A DNA stretch of 47,460 bases from Kineosporiaceae bacterium (GTDB taxonomy: Bacteria > Actinomycetota > Actinomycetes > Actinomycetales > Kineosporiaceae), in the NCBI GenBank assembly GCA_036745175.1, contig DAIOGQ010000001.1:1-47460 (forward strand). The letters are read 5' to 3'. The translations under genes were made by a program, and so were the position numbers. The first letter of the stretch is position 1, and the number at the start of each line of letters is the position of its first letter. This document shows, piece after piece, positions 18,455-26,079 of this stretch. The notes beneath the pieces were generated by a model that searched no databases, was not told where the DNA came from, and saw only the letters and a program-made list of their open reading frames with translations.

Positions 18455-19801
18455 ATGGGTGCCGTGCTGGATGCCGTCATCGTCGGCGGCGGCGCCGCGG
18501 GCCTCTCGCTCGCCGCCCACCTCGCAGCGGGCGGCTGGGACGACCGGCGCGTCGTCGTCGTCGACGACCCGTCCCCCGCGTGCGACAACCGCTCGTGGGG
18601 CTACTGGAGCGCGCAGCCCCTCCTCGTCGACCGGGCCGCCGAGCGGTCGTGGCGCCGGTTCGCCGTCCACGCCTGCGGCCGCACGTCGGTCGTGGACCTG
18701 GACCCCTACCGCTACCGCGTGGTCCGGATGCCCGCCCTCCGGGCGCTCACGGCATCCCTGATGTCGCACGCACCGGGGTTCGAGGTCGCCCCGGGGCGCG
18801 TGACCGCCGTCCAGGACGGACGGCGTTCGGCAACAGTGGTCGTCGGGACGCATCGGCTCGAGACCGCTTGGGTGTTCGACAGCACGGGGCTGTGGACCCG
18901 CGGGCTCCGGGCCGCGGACGCGGTCGGCCCCGACCGGGCGCCGCACCGGATGGCCGTCACCGGCCGGTGGGTCCGGACCGCGGACGACGCGTTCGATCCG
19001 GGCGTCCCGTGGCTGTGCGACTTCCGGCTCCCGTCCGGCCGGGCCGCGTTCGTCCACGTGCTGCCGGACGGCGCCCGCCACGCCTTCGTGGAGCACACGG
19101 AGTACCTCGCTGCCGGCGCCCGCGCCGCCGGCGACCCGACGGGCGAGCTGACCGGGTACCTGCGTGGAGTCCTGGGGGTCGGCCGGTTCGACGCCGGGCC
19201 GGCCGAGCACGCGACCATCCCGCTGTGCGCCCGCACGGCGAACCGGCGCGGTCATCGGGTGCTCGCGATCGGTGCCGTCGCAGGCCTGGTCCGGCCGAGC
19301 AGCGGCTACGGGTTCGAGCCGATCCAGCGTGACAGCGCAGCGGCCGCCCGGTCACTCCTGCGCCACGGGCACCCGTTCGACGTCCCCCGCCGGCCCTGGC
19401 GTCACCGTGCGCTCGACCGGCTCTTCCTGCGCGCCGTCGCGGACGACCCGGCCATGCTCGAACCGGCGTTCGCCGCCATGTTCGGCGCCGACGACCCGCT
19501 GCGGGTCCTGCGGTTCCTCGACGACGCGTCGACGCCCGTGGACGACGCCCGGCTCGTCGCCGGGCTACCGCCCTGGCCGTACGTCCGGGCGCTGCTTCCG
19601 CACCGCGCCCGTCGGGTCGAGGAAGACCTGCTCCACCCCCGGGTACCGGGGGACGAGCCGGCGCTCGGCCTCGTCCGCGACCCGCTCGATGTCGGCCGTC
19701 ATGCAATGGTCGGCGAACTCGACCTTCGCTGCGACGAACAGCCGCCCCGGTCCGAGCACCGTCGTGACGAACACCGGGACGGCATTCACGGCGGGCAGTG
19801 A
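18455..19801 (+). CDS. Lycopene cyclase family FAD-dependent protein (C-terminus extended into the antisense strand of the CDF pseudogene)
   Basis: GGGAAG dinucleotide motif, NRSWGYW, VFDS, F-x-HVLP, VEHT, GLVRPSSGYGF, RFLDD; family-like sequence ends near LPPWPYVRAL (about 19595). Confidence 0.82.
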   Translation: MGAVLDAVIVGGGAAGLSLAAHLAAGGWDDRRVVVVDDPSPACDNRSWGYWSAQPLLVDRAAERSWRRFAVHACGRTSVVDLDPYRYRVVRMPALRALTASLMSHAPGFEVAPGRVTAVQDGRRSATVVVGTHRLETAWVFDSTGLWTRGLRAADAVGPDRAPHRMAVTGRWVRTADDAFDPGVPWLCDFRLPSGRAAFVHVLPDGARHAFVEHTEYLAAGARAAGDPTGELTGYLRGVLGVGRFDAGPAEHATIPLCARTANRRGHRVLAIGAVAGLVRPSSGYGFEPIQRDSAAAARSLLRHGHPFDVPRRPWRHRALDRLFLRAVADDPAMLEPAFAAMFGADDPLRVLRFLDDASTPVDDARLVAGLPPWPYVRALLPHRARRVEEDLLHPRVPGDEPALGLVRDPLDVGRHAMVGELDLRCDEQPPRSEHRRDEHRDGIHGGQ

Positions 19802-20304
19802 CGCCACCTCCGCGCGAAGCGCCCTTTCCAGCGACGGGACCGCCGCCTGCCCGACGAGCAGGCTCGAGTTCGCCCGCACGAGCGCCCAGGCGACGACGAC
19901 GAGCACGATCCCGATGAGCACCGAGGCGATGCCGTCCCACACGCTCGAGCCTCCTCGCCGTGGAGGATCTTGTCGGCACCCTCCAGCACGGAGACGACCG
20001 CGCCGGCCACGAACGTCGCCAGGGCCGCCATCAGCGCCCAGAGGTAGGACTCGCGGCCGGACCCGAGCGGGTGCCTGCGGTCGGCGGGCTTGGCGCCACG
20101 GCGCAGCGCCACGAACAGGAGCACCTCCGTCACAGTGTCGGCGACCGGGTGCGCCGCCTCGGAAAGCATTGCGGCAGAACCGCTCAGGAGTGCGCCGACG
20201 GCCTTGGCCACCGCGATCGCGAGGTTGGCGACCATGGCGACGAGGACGGTGACGGTGCTCTCTCCGGCGTCGTCGGTGCCGCCCTCCCGGACGCCGTGCG
20301 GCAC
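19565..20304 (-). pseudogene. Cation diffusion facilitator (CDF) transporter, internally deleted and frameshifted
   Basis: The N-half (ANLAIAVAK...SGSAAMLSEAAH-x-VAD...HPLG-x-GRE-x-Y) and the C-half (WDGIASVLIG...SLLVGQ...FLDPT) are in different frames, joined near 19950; TM4-TM5 are missing. Confidence 0.85.
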
Positions 20305-20535
20305 CTCGGGGATCTCCGGGACCTCTGCGTCCGGTGGCTCTCACGACTGAACCCCAGGACCGGCGGCCGAGCCGGCAACCCCGGCCGCACCAAGAGATGA
20401 GACTTCAACCACAAGGACGAATGGCCCCCGCGGGAGCGCCCGGGTACGACGATGCTGTGCTGCGAGAAGGGATTCTCCCGCCGCCGCACAAGGGTGTCGG
20501 TCCACCGGCTAGATGCTCTTCAAGGAGAGATCGTC

Positions 20536-21120
20536 ATGCGACGCAAGACCTTCGACGCACTGCTCACCGCGGGCGGCCTCGTGCTGGCCGTCATGCTTCT
20601 CGTCGCCGGAGCGCTCCTGTCCTGGGGCTCCTCCTTCGTCGCGACCGAGGTGCACGACCAGCTGGCCGCACAGAAGATCTTCTTCCCGCCGGCCGGCAGC
20701 GAGGCCCTCGACGCCAAGACGTACCCCGGCCTGCAGCAGTACGGCGGCCAGCAGCTGGTCACCGGCGAGCAGGCGAAGGCCTACGCCGACCAGTTCATCG
20801 CCAAGCACATCGAGGAGATCGGCGGCGGCAAGACCTACTCCGAGCTGAGCACCGAGTCGCGCGCCAACCCTGCCGACACCGAGCTCGCGGGCACGGTCCA
20901 GACCGTCTTCCGTGGTGAGACGCTGCGCGGCCTGCTGCTCAACGCCTACGCCTTCGGGACCATGGGCACGATCGCCGGCATCGCCGCCATCGTCAGCTTC
21001 GTCGGCGCGGCCGTGATGTTCGTGCTCTCGGCGCTCGGCTTCGTCCACCTGCGGCGCACCCCGGACACCACCGTCCTCGGGTCCGCGCACGAGCAGATCG
21101 GGACGCCCGTCAGCGCGTGA
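20536..21120 (+). CDS. Conserved actinobacterial membrane protein (two TM helices flanking a soluble domain)
   Basis: AAGGAG RBS; strong GC3 bias; QLAAQKI-x-FP, AKAYAD-x-FI-x-x-H, GGKTYSEL, F-x-GETLRGLLL-x-AYAF. Confidence 0.85.
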   Translation: MRRKTFDALLTAGGLVLAVMLLVAGALLSWGSSFVATEVHDQLAAQKIFFPPAGSEALDAKTYPGLQQYGGQQLVTGEQAKAYADQFIAKHIEEIGGGKTYSELSTESRANPADTELAGTVQTVFRGETLRGLLLNAYAFGTMGTIAGIAAIVSFVGAAVMFVLSALGFVHLRRTPDTTVLGSAHEQIGTPVSA

Positions 21121-21164
21121 TCCGAGCCACAGGACCGTTCCGCACCACGACGGATCCGCTGCCA

Positions 21165-21203
21165 CGGCAGGGCCCGCACCGCAACTCGGTGCGGGCCCTG
21201 CCG
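21165..21203. terminator. Perfect 17-bp GC-rich hairpin between convergent genes
   Basis: cggcagggcccgcaccg-caact-cggtgcgggccctgccg. Confidence 0.75.
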
Positions 21204-21208
21204 CACGC

Positions 21209-22072
21209 TCACGGGTCGTCGAGCGCAGGCGGCGGCCACTGCACCCCGAGGCGGCGGGCGAGGCCGATCGCGTCGACGGGCGCCCGCACCTTCGCGTCGT
21301 TGTCGAAGTACACGAAGACGTCCCGGCCCGTCGCCGCCCAGCCGCGGACCCGTTCCGCCCACGCGTCGAGCGCCGCGTCGTCGTAGCCGCTGACGTAGAG
21401 CTCGGCGTCGCCGTGGAGCCGGGCGTACGCCAGGTGCGGGCTCGTCAGGTGCTCCAGCCAGGGCCACTTGCCCGCCGTGTCCGCGGTGACGAGAGCGACC
21501 TCGTGCCGCTGGAGGACGGCGAGCAGCCGGCCGTCACGGGCGGCCTCGCCGAAGCTCGCATGCCGAACCTCGAGCGCATGCCGGACGGGGCGTCCCGGGA
21601 TCGCAGGCACCAGCAGCGACCGGTGCTCGACCCGGTCGTCGTGGCCGGCCGCGAGCGTCGCGGCGTCGGCGTGCGTGCGCGGCAGGAGCGCGAAGAACGC
21701 GTCGAGCCGGCCGGCGTCGAAGCCGAGCATCGGCGGCAGCTGCCACAGGACCGGGCCGAGGCGCTCCCCGAGCGCGAGCACCCCCGACGCGAAGAAGTTC
21801 GCCAGCGCCGTCTCGACCCCGGCGAGCTTCTTGAGGTGGGTGACGAACCGGGGGCCCTTGACCGCGAAGACGAACCCGGTCGGCGTCTGGCCCGCCCACT
21901 GGGTGAAGTACTCCGGGCGTTGCAGCGCGTAGAAGGTCCCGTTGATCTCGATGGTCGCCAACCGTGCGGCGGCGTACCCGAGCTCGTCGCGCTGGGGCAG
22001 CCCCGGCGGGTAGAACGTGCCGCGCCACGGCGGGTACCGCCACCCGGAGATCCCGACCCGCAGCACACCCAC
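21209..22072 (-). CDS. DUF72 (YecE-like) protein
   Basis: GISGWRY-x-x-W-x-G-x-FYP, EINGTFY, FAVKG-x-RFVTH, LWQLPP, ALEVRH, YARLHG, VYFDND; TACGGT -10 hexamer 6 nt before the GTG. Confidence 0.93.
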   Translation of the reverse strand: MGVLRVGISGWRYPPWRGTFYPPGLPQRDELGYAAARLATIEINGTFYALQRPEYFTQWAGQTPTGFVFAVKGPRFVTHLKKLAGVETALANFFASGVLALGERLGPVLWQLPPMLGFDAGRLDAFFALLPRTHADAATLAAGHDDRVEHRSLLVPAIPGRPVRHALEVRHASFGEAARDGRLLAVLQRHEVALVTADTAGKWPWLEHLTSPHLAYARLHGDAELYVSGYDDAALDAWAERVRGWAATGRDVFVYFDNDAKVRAPVDAIGLARRLGVQWPPPALDDP

Positions 22073-22105
22073 GCGCCCACCGTAGGGCCGGCGCGGCCCG
22101 CCGGA

Positions 22106-22312
22106 TCAGGCGGAGCGAGTCCGCACGAGCACCCGCGTGCCCCGGTCGCCGCAGCACCCGGTCTGGACCTCGTCGCACACGATGACGAAGTCGTGGACCG
22201 CGACGCGCCCTGCGCACCGGGGGTCGCTGCACTCGACGTCACCCCCGGCGTGCCGCACGAGGGTGCCGTGGCAGTGCACCAGGTCGGTCGAGCATCGGCG
22301 ACAGGGCACCAT
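22106..22312 (-). CDS. Small Cys/His-rich protein (putative metal-binding)
   Basis: GAGGAGG RBS; 68 aa: CRRC...HCHGTLVRH...ECSDPRC...H...C...CC. Confidence 0.75.
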   Translation of the reverse strand: MVPCRRCSTDLVHCHGTLVRHAGGDVECSDPRCAGRVAVHDFVIVCDEVQTGCCGDRGTRVLVRTRSA

Positions 22313-22462
22313 GGCCGCCTCCTCGTCCTCGTGGTGCCACCCACGCCGCGCGGCACCTGCGAATGACACCAGTGTAGTTCTCCGGGCCGCAGGCGCACAG
22401 CGACGCGGGGACCCGGCCCGGCCGCGCGCACCCGCTCCGGACGAGCGCGCGTGACGGCGCCG

Positions 22463-23686
22463 TCAGCCGACGACCTGGGTCCCGATGAGCCCGCCGATGA
22501 CGTAGGTGACCCCGGCCGCGAGCGCGCCCGCGACCACCTGGCGCAGCGCCGAACGCCACGGCCCGCGGCCGTTGAGGACGCCGATCCCCGCGCCCACGGC
22601 GACCATCGCGGCGAGCGCGAGGCCCACGGCCGTGGCGAACGCGGCCGTCCCACCGGCGACCAGGTACGGGACGACGACGACGGCGGCGCCGATCGCGAAG
22701 GCGACCAGGCTCGAGAAGGCCGCACCCCACGGGGACCCGAGCGCGGCGGGGTCGAGGCCGAGCTCCTCCCGGGCCAGGGTGTCCAGCGCGACGTCGCTGT
22801 CGGACATGATCCGCTCGGCGATCTCCCGCGCCTGCGCGGCCGGCAGCCCCTTCGCCCGGTAGAGCAGGACCAGCTCCTCGAGCTCCTCCTCCGGCTTGTC
22901 GCGCAGCTCGGCAGCCTCGAGGGCGATCTCCCGCTCGAACATCTCGCGCTGGCCGGACATCGACACGTACTCGCCCGCCGCCATCGAGAAGGCACCGGCC
23001 AGCAGGCCTGCGACGCCGGCGAGCAGCACCGTCGAGCGGGGGGCACCCGACCCGGCGAAGCCCATGACGAGAGCGGTGTTCGACACCAGGCCGTCGCTCA
23101 CGCCGAAGATGCCCGCCCGCAGCGCGCCGGACCGGTCGCCGCGGTGCCACGGCTCACGCCGTCCGATCCTCGACGCGTCCGGCGTACCGGCGCCCGTCGA
23201 GCCGGTGCCCGCGGACCGCCTCGAGCCCGGTGCTCGCCCCGACCCGTCGGGCGCGCCGCCCCGGCGCATCGCCGCCAGCGTCCGGGCGTGCCCACGCTCG
23301 TCGTCCGCCATGCCCGGTGCGGCGTCGGGGTCGGCGTCGTAGAGGCCCGCGTCACCGCGCTCGGCGCGTTCGATGAGCGGGAGCACCCTGTCGAGCGACA
23401 GCCGACGGGCCGCCAGGCCCATCGTCCGGGTCCGCAGGCCGGGGCCGGACGGCGGCGGCACGCGCTGCCCCGCGTCGACGAGCCGGCGCTCCCAGTGCGC
23501 GGCGTGCCGGCGCTCCACGGAGGCGAGCTCGCGGAGGATCTCGGCCCGCTCGCCACGCTCGGCGTCGGCGAGCCGGTCGTACAGCTGGGCGGCTTTCCGC
23601 TCGCTCGCGAGCAGGTCGCGCCAGCGCCGCACGGTCGGCCGGTCCGGCTCGTCGTCCTGCACATCCCTGCTCGAGTGGTCGCTCAC
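22463..23686 (-). CDS. Rubrerythrin/ferritin-like domain fused to a VIT1/CCC1 transporter (MbfA-like)
   Basis: N-terminal E...Y, ExxH (ERRH) and DERGH motifs; VIT1 part LRAGIFGVSDGLVSN, AGAFSMAAGEYVS, LAREELG; start 23686 or 23662. Confidence 0.9.
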   Translation of the reverse strand: MSDHSSRDVQDDEPDRPTVRRWRDLLASERKAAQLYDRLADAERGERAEILRELASVERRHAAHWERRLVDAGQRVPPPSGPGLRTRTMGLAARRLSLDRVLPLIERAERGDAGLYDADPDAAPGMADDERGHARTLAAMRRGGAPDGSGRAPGSRRSAGTGSTGAGTPDASRIGRREPWHRGDRSGALRAGIFGVSDGLVSNTALVMGFAGSGAPRSTVLLAGVAGLLAGAFSMAAGEYVSMSGQREMFEREIALEAAELRDKPEEELEELVLLYRAKGLPAAQAREIAERIMSDSDVALDTLAREELGLDPAALGSPWGAAFSSLVAFAIGAAVVVVPYLVAGGTAAFATAVGLALAAMVAVGAGIGVLNGRGPWRSALRQVVAGALAAGVTYVIGGLIGTQVVG

Positions 23687-23826
23687 CCGGTCATTGTCCT
23701 CACCGGGTGCGGCGGCCGCCTCCGGAGGATGCCGCGCGTGCAACCCGGCGGGAACGTCCGACTGCCATGCTGGGACGTCCCGCGGGCGACGGCGTCGCGG
23801 GTGCGCAGCGACTTCGAGGAGGCGGC

Positions 23827-24211
23827 GTGCTCGCCCGGATCAGGATCAGCGTGCCCGACAGCCCCGGCTCCCTGGGTCGGGTCAGGCGCGCCGCGCGCCC
23901 TCGGCGCGGACTGGGCGGCCGTCCTCACGTTCGACCCGACCGGTGCCCAGGACGACGTCCTCGCCGTGAGCCCGGACGCCCCGGCGGCCTCGGCGATCCG
24001 GATCGCAGCGCCGCTACGGCTCGGTGCGGTGCGGCTCGCCGTCCCCGGGACGGACCGGCACTACCGCGGCTCGGCGCTGGTCCCGATCGGGGACGGCCCG
24101 CTGGGCCTGCTGCTCGTCCGCGCCGACGGCGTCGACTTCCACCGCAGCGAGCTGTGGCGGCTCTCGCAGGTCGGCAGCGTGCTCGGCGCCGTGATGGCGG
24201 TCGGCGTCTGA
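23827..24211 (+). pseudogene. ACT-domain (amino-acid-binding) protein, internally deleted and frameshifted
   Basis: GAGGAGG RBS then VLARIRISVPDSPGSLGRV (start of an ACT domain), jumping frame near 23885 into RALGADWAA...FHRSELWRL; total length 385 bp is not a multiple of 3. Confidence 0.75.
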
Positions 24212-24218
24212 CAGGTCG

Positions 24219-24377
24219 TCAGCCGTTGGGGCGGCGACCGGTGCGCCCGCGGGCCCTGACCTTGCGGGCGAGCTCGCGGGCCTTCTCCCGGTTCTGCGGC
24301 TTGGCCGCCTCGCGTCGTACGACGTCGATCACCTTGGCGGCGATCCCGGCCTTGGCGGCACCCTTGAAAAGGCCCAT
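24219..24377 (-). CDS. Small basic hypothetical protein (52 aa)
   Basis: AGGAG upstream; MGLFKGAAKAGIAAKVIDVVRREAAKPQNREKARELARKV, amphipathic, GC3-biased. Confidence 0.7.
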   Translation of the reverse strand: MGLFKGAAKAGIAAKVIDVVRREAAKPQNREKARELARKVRARGRTGRRPNG

Positions 24378-24520
24378 CGGGCGAACTCCTGTCGTGTCGT
24401 CGGATCGGTGTCTCCCCCCGGTGCCCGACGAGCGGCCGGCCATGCGAGATCGTCCCGTTCTTCTGCGCCCGACGGCCGTCGGGCGGGCGCCCGGGTGGGA
24501 CAGGGCTGCCGGCCGGGCGC

Positions 24521-26026
24521 TCACGCCGGGGGTCGGTCCCGGTGCGCCCCCGCGGCGTCCGGGTAGGCCTCGAGCAGCCGCAGCCACACCTCGCTGATCG
24601 TCGGGAACGACGGGACCGCGTGCCACAGCCGGTCGACGGGGACCTCGCCGACCACGGCGACGGTCGCCGAGTGCACGAGCTCGGCGACGTCCTGCCCGAC
24701 GAAGGTCGCGCCGACGACCACGCGGCGGCCGGCGTCGACGACGAGCCGGGCCGCCCCTCGGTAGCCGTCGGCGAGCAGCGACGCCCCCGAGACCGAGCCG
24801 AGGTCGTAATCGACGACGTGGACGTCGATCCCTGCGGCCGCCGCCCGTTCGGCCGTCAGCCCGACCGCGGCGACCTGCGGGTCGGTGAAGACGACGGACG
24901 GCGCACCGAGCCCGTCGGCGGCCGCGTGGAACGCCGGCCGGCCCTCGACGGGGCGGCCGGCGGCCCGGGCGGCGACGACGGCGCCGCAGGTCCGCGCCTG
25001 GTACTTACCCATGTGCGTCAAGAGGTTCCGGCCGTTGACGTCGCCGACGGCGTACAGCCACGGCGGGTCCGCGCCCAGGCCGGTCACCGCGAGGGTGTCG
25101 TCGACGGGGACGTAGCCGCCCCGGCCGAGCCGGTCACCGACGAGGCCGACCGTCTCGAGGCCGAGCCCGGTGGTCCGCGGCGTCCTGCCCGCGGCGACGA
25201 GGATCTCGTCGGCGACCACCGACGTGCCGTCGTCGAGGTCGACGCGCACCTCACCACCCGGGTCCGGCCGGTGCACGGCGACGACGACGGTACCGGTCCG
25301 CACGTCGATGCCGGCGCCCGTGAACGCCGCCCGCAGCAGCTCACCCGCCACCGGCTCGGACCGCCCGAGCAACCGCTCGCCGCGCTCGACCACGGTCACC
25401 TCCGCCGCGCCGAGGCCGCGGAACGCCTGGGCCATCTCGCACGCGACGACCCCGCCGCCCACGACGACGAGCCGGCGCGGCACGGCCGCGGCGTTCGTGG
25501 CCTCGCGGCTCGTCCACGGTGCGGCGGCCCGCAGCCCGGGCAGGTCGGGCACCGCGGCAGCGGTCCCGACCGCGAGGACCACCGCGTGCTGGGCGACGAG
25601 CACCGTCGTCCCGTCCGGGCCGTCGACGACCACGCGCCGCTCCCCGTCGAGCCGGGCACGGCCGCGCAGCGCCACGGCGCCGGTGCTCTCCACCCAGGAC
25701 ACCTGGCTCGCGTCGTCGTGCTGGTGCGGCCCGTCGCTGCGGCCGGTGAACCGGTCCCGCCGCGCGAGGACGGCGACGGCGTCGACCCGGCCGACCGGCA
25801 CCCCGGGCAGCCGGGTCGCGGCCGCACGGACGTCGAGCGGGCGCAGCAGCGCCTTGCTCGGGATGCACGCCCAGTACGAGCACTCGCCGCCGTACAGCTC
25901 GGCCTCGACGAGGACGCACCCGAGCCCCTCGTCGCGCACGGTGCCGGCGACGTTCTCGCCCGGCGGACCGGCGCCGATGACGACGACGTCGGTCTCGGTC
26001 GTGGTGGCAGGCGCCCCGTCGCTCAT
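24521..26026 (-). CDS. Class I pyridine nucleotide-disulfide oxidoreductase (dihydrolipoamide dehydrogenase-like)
   Basis: GAGPPG, redox-active GGECSYWACIPSK, GGGVVACE, AVGDV, VVFTDPQ, C-terminal VPSFPTISE. Confidence 0.9.
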   Translation of the reverse strand: MSDGAPATTTETDVVVIGAGPPGENVAGTVRDEGLGCVLVEAELYGGECSYWACIPSKALLRPLDVRAAATRLPGVPVGRVDAVAVLARRDRFTGRSDGPHQHDDASQVSWVESTGAVALRGRARLDGERRVVVDGPDGTTVLVAQHAVVLAVGTAAAVPDLPGLRAAAPWTSREATNAAAVPRRLVVVGGGVVACEMAQAFRGLGAAEVTVVERGERLLGRSEPVAGELLRAAFTGAGIDVRTGTVVVAVHRPDPGGEVRVDLDDGTSVVADEILVAAGRTPRTTGLGLETVGLVGDRLGRGGYVPVDDTLAVTGLGADPPWLYAVGDVNGRNLLTHMGKYQARTCGAVVAARAAGRPVEGRPAFHAAADGLGAPSVVFTDPQVAAVGLTAERAAAAGIDVHVVDYDLGSVSGASLLADGYRGAARLVVDAGRRVVVGATFVGQDVAELVHSATVAVVGEVPVDRLWHAVPSFPTISEVWLRLLEAYPDAAGAHRDRPPA

Positions 26027-26079
26027 GGCGCAAGCCTGCCCCCTTGCCCGCGGTCAGGCCCGCTGAGAGCCTCGTCGCC

